Shown here in pieces: positions 11,752 to 22,858 of a DNA stretch of 64,000 nucleotides. The DNA comes from Saprolegnia diclina VS20 (taxonomy: Eukaryota). Under the pieces are notes generated by a model. The model ran no database searches, was not told the DNA's origin, and worked only from the letters and a program-made list of their open reading frames with translations. The stretch covers positions 865,172 through 929,171 of the forward strand of contig NW_008246071.1 in NCBI RefSeq assembly GCF_000281045.1. The letters run 5' to 3'. The translations under genes and the position numbers were made by a program. Position 1 is the stretch's first letter; every line of letters starts with the position of its first letter.

Positions 11752-13473
11752 TTAGTCCCAGTGTTCTTCGTCCGTGTGCCCGCTGGTTTGGTCGTCGTAG
11801 CGGTCCGCCAGTATGCGCGTCACGATCATGTTGCCGTTAACGTTGACCACAGTTTGGACGCGGTCCAAGATGAAGTCGATCGCGACCAGGAACACAAAAG
11901 CTTGCGGCACCGCATCGTCGGGAAACACCGTCTTCCAGACCGTCATGAGCATGACAAGACCGGCGTTCGGGACAGGCGCTGTGCCCATGGAGCTCAGAAG
12001 CGACACGAAGAAGAGGACGACCCACTGCGGCGTGTCGAGATCTCTGCCAATGGTGGTCGCCAAGAAGACAGCCATGACCGGGTGGTACAAGCCCGCGGCA
12101 TTCATGTTGACGGGCGTCCCGAGGCACATGACGACTTGAGCAAACGACCGCGAAACCTGGCGTGTCTGGGCCATGGCTGTGACCGCGACTGGAAGCGCCG
12201 CCAACGACGACGCGCACCCAAACGCAAAGACGTAGACCGGAAGCAGCTGTTGGATGTAGCGAAACGGCTGCGTGCGTGTGGCAAGAAAGAGCACGAGGGG
12301 CATCACAAGAAACACGTGCACGCCAACACCGCCTAAGAACGCCGCGAGGAGGTACCCGCCGTTGGTCACAACCGTGTTGGTCAAGTTGTCGTATGTCACG
12401 ATCGCGCTCATGAGCAAAAAAGCGACAGCGACGGGCGTCGCTTTCAAAATCACCTGCAGCATGATGAGCATCGCGTTGCGCGTTTGTCGAAGCACGAGCA
12501 GCATCGCGTTGTGTTCTGGTAGCCCAGTATGCGACTTGGCAATGGCAAATCCGAGTGGAAGTGCAAACGTGATGATGCTCAGTAGCGAGCCATTGGCGAG
12601 CGCGGCAAAGATGTTTTGCGGCACCAAGAGATTGATGATGGAGATGACCTCTTGTGTCAACGATAAGCTGCGCAGCGTCGTGTTGACGGCCAATACGTGG
12701 TTGACGTCGCCCGCGACAAATCGCGTCGATGGCGACGACGTGTCGGACGCGACGCACGCGAGCTCGTTTGTATTCGTCGATACAAAGTACTTGCCGTTGG
12801 CGCACTCGAACTCCAATGCGAGCGACGTGGTTGCGAGAAGCCCCGTTGCCGGCATGTGATTGCGCACAACAGTGTGGAAAATGGCAGCAACAATCATGCC
12901 CTGGATGACCGCCAGAAACGTCGTCAGAAAAAAGGTGCACCCAGTGCGCCATGAGAGAATCGAGGCCTTCTTGAGCACGACGATCTCGGCGACAGCGACG
13001 GCCATGGCTGAGAAGACAGCGGGCACCATGACGCAGCGCAGCGCTCGAACAAAGAGCTCGCCGGGCAGCGCCACCCAAGCAATAGCGTCGGACGAGAGAT
13101 CGAGCGTCGCTAGAAGAAGCCCAAGACCGATACCGATGCCGGCAGCGACGATGATGGCTAGCGAGCTAAGGACATACGGGCGCACCTTGGTCTTTCTCGG
13201 AGGTGGCTCTAGCATCGAGTCGTCGGTCTCAAAGGCGTCATCGTCGACGAACCCTTCGTACTCGGAGATGACGGGCGTGAAGCGCTCGTCCGACTGCTTG
13301 GAAAGCAAATTGCCGCGCACGTGAAAGATTTCACCCGGTGGCGGCGGACGGCGGACGCCACCGGTCGTAGGGTTCTGGTTGAGGTTCGTGGCGACGGTGT
13401 TACTGCTGGACACCGGTGGGTTCGACTCCCGCGGTGCTTCGCCTTCAAAGAGCACCACACCCCGCGCTGCCAT
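11752..13473 (-). CDS. DAACS/SLC1-family transporter paralogue 5 (573 aa)
   Basis: PGELFVRALRC, AFGCASSLAALP, NMNAA, TM8 IDFILDRVQTVVNVNGN. Confidence 0.92.
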   Translation of the reverse strand: MAARGVVLFEGEAPRESNPPVSSSNTVATNLNQNPTTGGVRRPPPPGEIFHVRGNLLSKQSDERFTPVISEYEGFVDDDAFETDDSMLEPPPRKTKVRPYVLSSLAIIVAAGIGIGLGLLLATLDLSSDAIAWVALPGELFVRALRCVMVPAVFSAMAVAVAEIVVLKKASILSWRTGCTFFLTTFLAVIQGMIVAAIFHTVVRNHMPATGLLATTSLALEFECANGKYFVSTNTNELACVASDTSSPSTRFVAGDVNHVLAVNTTLRSLSLTQEVISIINLLVPQNIFAALANGSLLSIITFALPLGFAIAKSHTGLPEHNAMLLVLRQTRNAMLIMLQVILKATPVAVAFLLMSAIVTYDNLTNTVVTNGGYLLAAFLGGVGVHVFLVMPLVLFLATRTQPFRYIQQLLPVYVFAFGCASSLAALPVAVTAMAQTRQVSRSFAQVVMCLGTPVNMNAAGLYHPVMAVFLATTIGRDLDTPQWVVLFFVSLLSSMGTAPVPNAGLVMLMTVWKTVFPDDAVPQAFVFLVAIDFILDRVQTVVNVNGNMIVTRILADRYDDQTSGHTDEEHWD

Positions 13474-14523
13474 TTTGCCAATGTGTCGTCCACAGAGAAG
13501 GATTCGTCGAAGATTAGGCCGTAAGATCGAAGGTTTAGCCGATAGTACAACCCTATGTATTCGAATTTATTATTTGCGACGACCAGGTTAATAAACACTT
13601 TTGCAAGCGGCTCGTATCCTTTCAGGGGATGAGTGACGTGAGGCCCTTCCGTATATGCCGCGGGCTTTGTGATGCGATCGCGGCTTGTTGGCCACACCGT
13701 TCGGAACATTAACGATTCGAATCGTTCGGCGTCATGTTTCTGTCCTCTCCAACCGTGCAAAGGACCAGCCGAGGCATCATTCTCAGTGTCGTTGAAACGA
13801 GTTGAGTTTGATATTATATCTGGCACCGTGAACAGATAATGGAGTTTACGTAGTAGCGTGTTGCGACTGAACGGTGGTGCTGAGGCTTACTAGTAGCCGT
13901 TGATGTACAGAAGGTGCGGACCGAAAATGATGCATAGGTCATGAAGTCATGTGGCTTGGTACAGGGCACGCATCATGTCCATCTCTTGGCGTTCAGCAAG
14001 CGCTGACGATGGAGTTGGTATAAAAAAGCGAGAAGAAACGTAGCCGCCTTGGGCAAAAGACACGGTTATGGCAGCCGAGCCAGACGGCGCGGAGCATGCG
14101 ACTTCGTCGGCATGCGAAGCTCACAGTGCAATGTCCATGGCGTCGCAGGGTCTGGTCTCCTCGTGCCAGCTGGCCATGGCAGCGCGCCACGTTGAGGCGG
14201 TGCCACCCTAACCCCATCCAGATGTTTAGCGTCCACCAATCAACAGCGAGGCAAACTCGTCGAGAGTTAATAACCTCTAACAACAAATGTATCCACTCGG
14301 AGCTGCCGTAGCGACACGCCATGAATCCAATTATTCCCTTATTCAAGTACTTTTGTACGCGTACCGGAGGCCGCGCATGGTTTTGTGGATACTATTGTAC
14401 TTTTTTAGTGAATTACAGCTAAGCCGCACAATCCACGGCTCCCTGTCGAGCAGCGCAAATTCTTGACGTTGGCGATCCAACACAAATGATGGACTGGCAA
14501 CGTGCGAGCGCTGCCACTTAGTC

Positions 14524-14539
14524 GCATTCTACATTTTGC
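14524..14539 (+). promoter_or_regulatory. INR+FPR core promoter element of the ABCA gene
   Basis: GCATTCT-AC-ATTTTGC, 5 nt upstream of ATG 14545. Confidence 0.6.
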
Positions 14540-14544
14540 ACACC

Positions 14545-17500
14545 ATGGGGCACACGGGTCCGCTGCTGCGCAAGAACGTGTGGCTCAAGAAACGGCGGCC
14601 GATCGCGACCCTCTTCGAAGTCGTCGCCCCGGCGTTTGCGCTGATTGCATTTGCCGTCCTCCAGTCGTTCATGTACGGCAACTACAAGGTGTCGTACGCG
14701 CCCGGGTGGCAAAACTGGCCGCTGCTTCCAGGCTACTCGAACGTCAACTATGGCGACCGTGTCTGGACGTATGGCAACATGCGGGGCGTGCACTTTGCCG
14801 AGCCTTCCGTGTACCAATGGCTGCAAAACTCGATGGGCGAGAGCTACGACACCAAGAGCTGCTTTCAGAACCCGTCGCCAAACGAGCTCAAGTCGACCAA
14901 GTGCCAAAAAGCGCTTGCGCTGCGGCCCAAGCTCGCGATCGTTCCGGACACGGTCTTTACGCGCAAGTACTTTGCCGCAGCGCTCACGACGTGGTACCCG
15001 ACGCTATCGATCCCCGTCTCGGACAACAAGACCGTGACGATTCCGGGTATTTCGGCCGACGACCTCGTCTTCTTCGAGTCGGAAGTCGCGCTCGAAGCTT
15101 ATGTGACGAGCCCGTCGTACGGCCCGGAAGAGAACGAGTGGTACTACTCGTCACGGGACGAGACCCCGAAGGAGGGCACCACAGCGCCGCTCCGCGCGGC
15201 CATCGTCTTCAACGCAGCACCGGCGACAGACAAGATTGGCACGTTCCAGACGGTTGAGTACACGCTACGGTTCCCAAACCTCGACCGGGGCCAAAAGTTT
15301 GCACCACCGATGCAGACGGGCCAGCGCTACGACCCGCTGCAAATCGAATTCAAGCCCGACGATGCCATGGCGTACACGCAACTGGGATTTGCGACCGTCG
15401 ACACGATGGTGGCCCGCCTCCTCAACTGCCTCCCGGCGTGGGACGCTACCGCGCAGTCGACCAACGGGTCGTGCACGGTGGCGGCGTCGACGTCGGCGCC
15501 GGCGGCTGACGCGGCGCTTCAGTCGGTTGCCGACGCCGACTGGAAGGACCTTTTGCAGCAGCTCGATCGGGGGTATGCCTGGAGCCTTGAAAACTCGACG
15601 CTCGCGACGCTCCCCAAGGCGTTCCGCGAGGCATACCTGCGCCCGCTGCGCCAAGCGCCACAGCCGTACCTCGGTGGTGCCACCGACGTCTTCCCAATGC
15701 AAGGCTACGGTATCAACACGCTCTTTGGCGACGATTTGCTCTTGGCGACGGCGATGCCGGCGGCCATGGTGCTCTTCAGTCTCTTCCTTGTCGGCAACAT
15801 TGTCGGCGCGTTCGTGCTCGAGAAGGAGACGCGCTCCAAGGAGTACATGCTCGCGCTCGGCTTGCACCCATCGGCGCTCGTCGCGTCGTGGTTCCTTCTC
15901 TACAGCGTCCTCATTGTGCTTGTCGCGGGCATTGAAACGCTCGTCGTTGCCGTCGGCGCCATATTTCCCAACTCGTCGCTGGCCTGCCTCTTTCTGCTCT
16001 TCCTCGGGTTTCATCTCGCGACCTTGTCGTTTGGGTACGCGGCCTCGACCCTCTTTTCGTCGACCAAGACAGCGACGTACGTCACGCAGCTCGTCTTCAT
16101 GCTGCTCACGATCGCTGGCTACGTGCTGCCGGATGCCGCAGGTGAATGTGCGAAAGCCGCCATCTGCCTTTGCCCGCCGGCCGCGATCGTGCTCGCGATC
16201 CAGGTCGTGCTCCGCGCCGAGTACTACACGCAAGGCATCACGTTTGCGAACGCGTCCGTGCTGCAGACCAACCGGCTCCGCTACTCGACTGCGGTCGGCA
16301 TGCTCTTTGCGGACGTCATCGTCTATTTGCTTCTCGGATTGTACCTCGAGACGGTGCTGAGTGACAAGCGGCCGTGGTACTTTCCAGTGTCGCCGTCGTA
16401 TTGGCGCCGGCGGTCAAGTGCGGCACCGAGGACGAGCCCGTCGACGCACGACGAGAGCAGTGACGTCGAGACGCCCGAGCTCCACCTTTTGCAGCAGGAG
16501 AAGGACGGCCGGGCGCTCGTGGTCCGCGGCCTGCACAAGAGCTTTGGCGCGCACGTCGCGGTCGACGATCTGCATCTCGCGTTCTACGAAGGTCAGATCT
16601 CGTGCCTGCTTGGCCACAACGGCGCGGGCAAGACGACGCTCATCTCGATGCTCACGGGCATGCTGCCGCCGACCGCCGGTGACGCAACCATTCACGGGCA
16701 CTGCCTCTCCAAGGACCTTCGCGCGATCCAGGCGTCGATGGGTGTGTGCCCCCAGCACAACATTTTGTACGACAACCTCACGGTCGCCGAGCACTTGCGG
16801 CTGTACGCAGCAATCAAGAACGTTCCCGACATTGCTGCCGCCGTAAAGGCGACGCTTGCCGAGGTGGACCTCGTGGACAAGGCCGACACGCTTGCCAAGG
16901 GCCTCTCGGGCGGTATGAAGCGCAAGCTCTCGGTCGGTATTGCACTGCTTGGTGGCAGCCAGCTCGTGTTTTTGGATGAGCCCACGTCGGGCATGGACCC
17001 GTACAGCCGCCGCGCCGTCTGGTACGCTATTTTTGCGGCCTCTCAGATCTGATAGCATGCACCTCGTAGGGACCTCTTGCTCCGCAACCGGGGGCAGCGT
17101 ATTATGATTCTGACCACGCACTACATGGAAGAAGCCGACGTTCTCGGTGACCGCATCGCCATCATGGCCAACGGCGCGCTCCAGTGCGCAGGCTCGTCAC
17201 TTTTTTTGAAGACGCGGTTCGGTGCCGGGTACACGCTGACGCTGGCCAAGGCCAGTGCGAGTGTGGACACGGACGCAGCACTTCTCCAGCTCGTCGAGTC
17301 GTGTGTGCCGGACGCCACGCTCGTCTCGCACGTCGCGACCGAGGTGGTTTTTACCCTGCCGTCGGCGTCCGCGTCGGCGTTTCCGAATCTCTTTGAAGCG
17401 CTTGACGCGTCACTTGAGCGCGTCAATGTCGCGTCGTACGGCATTTCCGTCACGACGCTCGAAGACGTCTTCATCCACATTACGGGCCGCGTCTCGGACC

Positions 17501-20450
17501 CAAGTGACGCGGTGGCCGTGGCGATGGAACCGACAGTGACGCATGCAACGTCGTCGCGGTCGTTTGTCTCGCAGCTGGGCGCGCTCCTGCTCAAGCGACT
17601 CCATGTCGCCAAGCGCGACACGCGCACGCTCTTCAACTCGATCATCTTGCCGCTGCTTCTCGTTGCGATCGGGTTTGGTTTGATGAAGTACGTCTACGAG
17701 CACGACTCGACGGCTGCGCAACCCCGGTTGGCCCTCGATACGTCGCCGTACCCGGACGCTAGCGCTAGCCCGACGCCGTACGCCTGCCTCAACAACGACA
17801 CCACGGCCTGCAGTGCGCTTATGGGTCGCTTCTCTGGTGCTCGTCCGGTGGCGTTGCCGTCTCTGGGTGCGACAGCGTACACGACGCCGACCGTCGACGT
17901 CTTTGGTATCACGTACGGTGACATGCCTCGCCCGTCCGACTGCGACGGACGCAGCTACTATGCCATATGCAAGGCGGCGCCGGCCAAGCTCAACTCAACC
18001 GACGGTTTTGAGCTTCGGTTTTCCACCGAGCTCTACGCGCGCGGCTTCCGCGCCGGAAACGACGAGGTGCAAATGGGCGGGTACCTCCTCTACGTCTCGC
18101 CAACCGACAATGTCATGAGCTACACGCTGTTTGCCAACACGTCGTCGCCGCACGCTGCGCCCGTCTTCAAGCGGCTCTTGCACCAAGCCATGTACCGTAG
18201 CTTTGCCAAGTCAAATGACATTGAGCTCCGCGTGGCCGCGCACCCGCTGCCAGAGACCACGCGGACGGCCGAGCATCGACGCAAGCAACGACAAGGGTGG
18301 GGCGACTCGATGGGCTACGTCGGTCTCGGCTGCTTCCTCTTTGCGCTCGCCTTCTTCCCCGGCGGCATCGCCACGTTTATCGTCAAGGAGACCCAGCTCA
18401 CGGCCAAGCACCAGCAGCTCGTCTCGGGCGTCTACCTCTCGGCGTTTTGGGCTGCCAACATCATCTACGACATTCTAAGCTTCCTTCCGATGCTCGGGAT
18501 CTTGCTCGGGCTCATTGTGGGCTTCGGCATCACGCCCTACACGGCCAACTCGGAAGGGGTCGACGACGCGCTCATGGCGACAACGGTACTCTTTTTTCTC
18601 ACGGGTGTCGCGCTCGTCGCGTCGGCGTACGTTTGCGCCTTCTTCCTCAAGGAGCCGTCGTCCGCGCAGACGATCATGGTCCTGTCGCACCTCGGTCTCG
18701 CGATTGCTTTCTTTGTGGCCGAAAATGTCTTGTACACGTTTTCGATGGCGAGCATGAACAGCGTCTGGCGCGTCGCACCGCTCTACGCGCTTGGCGACGG
18801 TCTCCGCAATGTCACTGCGACCAACGCCAAGTACGTCACGCTCCCCAACGGCACGTCGTTCAAGATGCGCATGCATGTGCTCGCATCAACCGGTGTCTAC
18901 GAGCACCTGACGTACCTCGGTGCAACGGCCGGTGTCTTCTTTGCATTGCTCGTCGGCCTCGAGTACCTTCGCACAATCAAGGCGCATTCGTACAACGCGG
19001 CGCCCGACACGACAGACGCGGCATCGATGACAGACACGGACGTCCTAGCCGAGAACGCGCGCGTCACAGCGCTGCCCAGTGCAAATGAGAGTGCGGTCGT
19101 GATCGACCAACTGCGCAAAGTCTTCAACGACTTTTTCTTCCGCACCGAGTCCGTCAAGGCGGTCAAAGGTCTCTCGGTCGCGCTGCCAAAAGGCGAGTGC
19201 TTTGGTCTCCTGGGGGTAAGACTCGCTGTAGTGGCGTTGCCACGACTCACGTGTGCATTAGGTCAACGGTGCCGGCAAGTCGACGACGCTCAAGATGTTG
19301 CTGGGCGAGGTCGCGCCGTCCGCAGGCCGCGCCTTCCTCGCTGGCCGCAACGTCGTGTCGCAACACAACCAAGCGCGCACGCTTGTCGGGTACGTTTTGA
19401 GCAACTGATGTACACGGGTCGTTGACGATGGTCTGGTGTAGGTACTGCCCGCAGTTTGATGCGCTTTTTGACCTCCTCACGGTGCGCGAGCACTTGCAGC
19501 TGTACGCGGCGCTGCGCGGCCTTCGCGGGTCGGACGCCAAGCGCGCGATTGCACAGCTCATCTCCAAGCTGCGGCTCACGCCGTTCGAGCACGTCCTCGC
19601 GTCGCACTTGAGCGGTGGCAACAAGCGCAAGCTCTCGGTTGCGATCGCGATGATTGGATCGCCGCCCATCATCATCCTCGACGAGCCATCCACAGGCATG
19701 GACCCGGTGTCGCGCCGGTTCCTGTGGGAGGTCATCTCGGACCTCTCGACGCACCAGCGCGAGTCGACGGTCATTCTCACGACCCACTCGATGGAAGAAT
19801 GCGAAGCTTTGTGCTCGCGCGTCGGCATCATGGTCAGCGGCGGTCTCCAGTGCCTTGGCAGCATCCAGCACATCAAGCAGAAGTTTGGCCACGGCCTCGT
19901 GCTCGACCTCAAGCTGCGCGTGCCCGAGCAAGCAGCGATCGAGGCGATGGCCGCCACGCTGCCGTCCACGCTCAGCATGGACGACATGATCCACTGGTGC
20001 GGCCGCCTCCGCAAGCCGTCGCGCGCGTCGTTGTTGGCGCCGGACCACGCCACGGGCTTCTTCCTCGCGCACTTGGCGAACACGGAAGGCGCGGTTGACG
20101 TTGCGTCGTTCTGCTCGTGGTGGCTCGGCGAAGACATGTTTGACGCGATCTCTGGGCACCTGCAGGCGGCGACGAACGGCGCAATTGACGTCGTCTTGCG
20201 CGAGCCGGCGCTCGTGCAGTTCAAGCTCCACACGACGCTCTCGGTTGCGTTCAGCGTCGTCGAGGCGGCCAAGGCGACGTTCCATATTCAAGAGTACGCG
20301 GTCTCGCAGACTTCGCTCGAGGACATCTTCAATGCGTTCGCGTCCAAGCAAGAACGACGCGAAGAGCCGTCGTCGACGCGCGGGTGCTGCGGCTGCTTTG
20401 GGAAAACACCGCCGAAAAGCAACCAGTACCGTGCACTGTCGAGCCCCTAA
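14545..20450 (+). CDS. ABCA: Full-size ABCA-subfamily ABC transporter, 4 exons (14545-17021, 17070-19215, 19262-19389, 19442-20450; ~1919 aa)
   Basis: ABCA N-terminus LLRKNVWLKKRR and EKETRSKEYM. NBD1: GHNGAGKTT/LSGGMKRKL/LDEPTSGMDP. NBD2: GVNGAGKST/LSGGNKRKL/LDEPSTGMDP. Three GT-AG introns of 48, 46 and 52 nt join the ORF-track fragments in frame. Confidence 0.93.
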
Positions 20451-20730
20451 GTCCCGTTGTGTAGCTCTGCATCAGCGGCTGCATGTCTAAATCCAATTTG
20501 TCTCTTCATCACTTTCGGCAGCGATACGATATCAGTAGGGTCGTTGCAAAACGGTCTGTGCTGGGTAGCGGGGAGCGTGGTAGCAGAGGCAGCGGGGTCG
20601 CACGGCTGTCAGGTAGCGGCGCGACGTGAAATCGGCGCACGCGCTTCATTGCGAGTCACATGTCGTTAGCGATCTTTCCTGTTCTATGGGGTTAGGGTTA
20701 GATTGGTTCCGTCGCCATCTAGCTGTATAG

Positions 20731-20911
20731 ATGAACGCGTTCCGCGTTATCTTCATTATTACAAGACTTCGAATGCGCGGTGCTATGCCTGGATGCGTGG
20801 GAGTTAGCACTTGGTCGTTGGGAGTGAGCTGCGTACGGAGAGATCCATCTCGTGGTGGACCCCATTCGCCGAGTCATAGCTCGCGCGAGTTCGTACGCAA
20901 GCTCCTGCACT
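20731..20911. repeat. ~180-bp dispersed repeat, copy 1 (homologous to 42528-42706); hairpin-forming
   Basis: Shares blocks such as ATGAACGYGTTCCGCGTTATCTTCATTAT and GGTCGTTGGGAGTGAGCTGCGYACGGAGAGATCCATC...TGGTGGACCCCAYTCGCCGAGTCAYAGCTCGC with copy 2. Confidence 0.9.
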
Positions 20912-21058
20912 CGGGCTAACTATCTATCACTCCAAAGTCGTTGTAGTGAGTCGTTCGATCAGTCCAAAGACGTAGCTGCATAGGCAAAAGAGTGCATTAG
21001 GTACGATTACAATAGACGACGACGCGACAAGCAAGACGAGTAATAGGAAATAAGATCG

Positions 21059-22858
21059 CTAAACGCCCGGGACTGGTGTACGGGCATCTTCGCTCGTCTC
21101 GTCCGACCACGCCTCGACCGGGTCGTCGTAGCGCTGGGCCAAAATCCGCGTGACAAACATGTTCCCGTGCACGTTGGTCATGGTCGAGAGCCGATCAAAG
21201 ATAAAGTCGCCGGCGACAACATACACAAACGACGACGGCAGCGGCGTCGTTGGCAGCACCGTCTTCCAGACCGTCATGAGCATGACGATCGCTGCGTTGG
21301 GCACGGGTGCTGTGCCCATCGAGCCAATGAGCGAGACAAAGAAAAGCACCACCAGCTGCGGCGTGCCGACCTTGTCGTTGGCGCCCGACATGGCCGCGAG
21401 GAAGATCGTCATGAGCGGATAGTACAGGCCCGCGGCGTTCATGTGCACCGGTGTCCCGAGATACATGACGAGCTGCGCCATCGAGCGCGAGACTTGGCGC
21501 GTCTGGTGCACGACGGCCACGGCCACGGGCAACGTCGCCATTGACGACGAGCAGCCGAACGCATACATGTAGGCGGGCACGAGCTGCTTCATGTAGTAGT
21601 ACGGATTGGCGCGCGTAAAGAGGAAGAAGAGGAACGGCATCAGTAGCAGCGTGTGGCTCAGTACACCCGTGAAGAAGGCCATGATCAAGAAACCACCTTG
21701 CGAGACGATCGTCGAACCACTCGTGTTGTACGTCGAGATGGCACCGGCGACCAAAAAGACGACGGCAAAGGGCGTCGTCGCCAGCACGGCGTTGATCAAA
21801 AGTAAGAGCGCATTCCGCGCTTGCCGAAGAATGTTGAGGAGCACGTTTGTTTCCATCTCGCCGGCATGCGACCGCGCGATCGCGACGCCAAGGGGCAAGG
21901 CAAACATGATGATGCTGAGGAGCGACCCGTCGGCGAGCGACTCGAAAATGTTGTCGGGCACCATGAGGCTGATGATGCCAATCACTTGGTCGGTGAGCGT
22001 CACGGCCTGCGCGGTGACCCGCGTCGCGAGCACGTGGTTGACGTCCGACGCGATAAAGTGCGCCGACGCCACGGTTGCGTTGGCAGCAATGCAGGCCACG
22101 CCGGCGTCCGTGCCATTGCTCTGCGCCCCAAGGTACAGGCCGTTGGCACACCGGAGAGCGACGATTGGCGACGAGACGTCACCGTCGTCGGGCCAGTGCA
22201 CGATGAAGCGACTGCGGTAGGCGAGCGCGATGACCATGCCGAGCACGGTCGAGAGAAACGACGAGAGGAAGAAGGTTCCCGCGGTCCGGAGCGATAGGAT
22301 GGACTTTTTCTTGAGGAGCACAATTTCCGCGATCGACGTGGAGATGGTGCAAAACACCATGGGCACGATGAGACACCGAAGCGCGCGGATGTAGAGGTTG
22401 CCGGGCAGCGAGACCCACAGTATCGCGTCTTGGCTAATGCGCCAGTGGGAGAGAAGGAGGCCGAGGCCCGTGCCACCAAAGGCGCCAATGATGACGGCGA
22501 TCGTCCCAATAAAGGTCGTCTTGGCGCGGTAGTCGTAGCTCGCTTGCACGGCCGTGGGCATCATGGCCTTCTCGGGCTCTTCGAGAATCACGTCGGCCGA
22601 CGGTGCGTTCTGGAGCCGAAGCGTCTCGGGTGTTGATGGCAGAAGCTCGTGCATGTAATACGGCGATGCCGTGCGCGGTCCCGGCGATGTGAAGACGGTG
22701 CGGGCGCCCGTGGGCTCGGGGGGCGGGGGGCGCCGACCTCCCGGCGTCGTGTTGGCCGACGACGACGACCCTGTGCCGTGCAGCGACCGGCGGTTTTGAC
22801 GCGGCGTTGTCTCGGGCGTCTCGGCCACGTAGAGGTAGATGCCTTGCCGCGGCTCCAT
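21059..22858 (-). CDS. DAACS/SLC1-family transporter paralogue 6 (~599 aa)
   Basis: Start at MEPRQGIYLY by homology with the paralogue N-termini, with INR/FPR-like TCACTTGTGGATTTCC at 22860-22875; TM7 HMNAA; TM8 GDFIFDRLSTMTNVHGN. Confidence 0.92.
   Translation of the reverse strand: MEPRQGIYLYVAETPETTPRQNRRSLHGTGSSSSANTTPGGRRPPPPEPTGARTVFTSPGPRTASPYYMHELLPSTPETLRLQNAPSADVILEEPEKAMMPTAVQASYDYRAKTTFIGTIAVIIGAFGGTGLGLLLSHWRISQDAILWVSLPGNLYIRALRCLIVPMVFCTISTSIAEIVLLKKKSILSLRTAGTFFLSSFLSTVLGMVIALAYRSRFIVHWPDDGDVSSPIVALRCANGLYLGAQSNGTDAGVACIAANATVASAHFIASDVNHVLATRVTAQAVTLTDQVIGIISLMVPDNIFESLADGSLLSIIMFALPLGVAIARSHAGEMETNVLLNILRQARNALLLLINAVLATTPFAVVFLVAGAISTYNTSGSTIVSQGGFLIMAFFTGVLSHTLLLMPFLFFLFTRANPYYYMKQLVPAYMYAFGCSSSMATLPVAVAVVHQTRQVSRSMAQLVMYLGTPVHMNAAGLYYPLMTIFLAAMSGANDKVGTPQLVVLFFVSLIGSMGTAPVPNAAIVMLMTVWKTVLPTTPLPSSFVYVVAGDFIFDRLSTMTNVHGNMFVTRILAQRYDDPVEAWSDETSEDARTPVPGV

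Noticed and set aside
14536..20450. ABCA appearing as three separate or frameshifted ORFs
   Set aside because: Three canonical GT-AG introns join them into one frame with intact motifs.
20688..20701. GGGGTTAGGGTTAG telomere-like repeat next to repeat copy 1
   Set aside because: Only about two units, and absent beside copy 2; compatible with chance.
20716..20750. Helitron-like 3' end (hairpin, 11 nt, then CTAG on the minus strand) in repeat copy 1
   Set aside because: CTAG is followed by A rather than T, copy 2 lacks the CTAG, and similarity continues past it.
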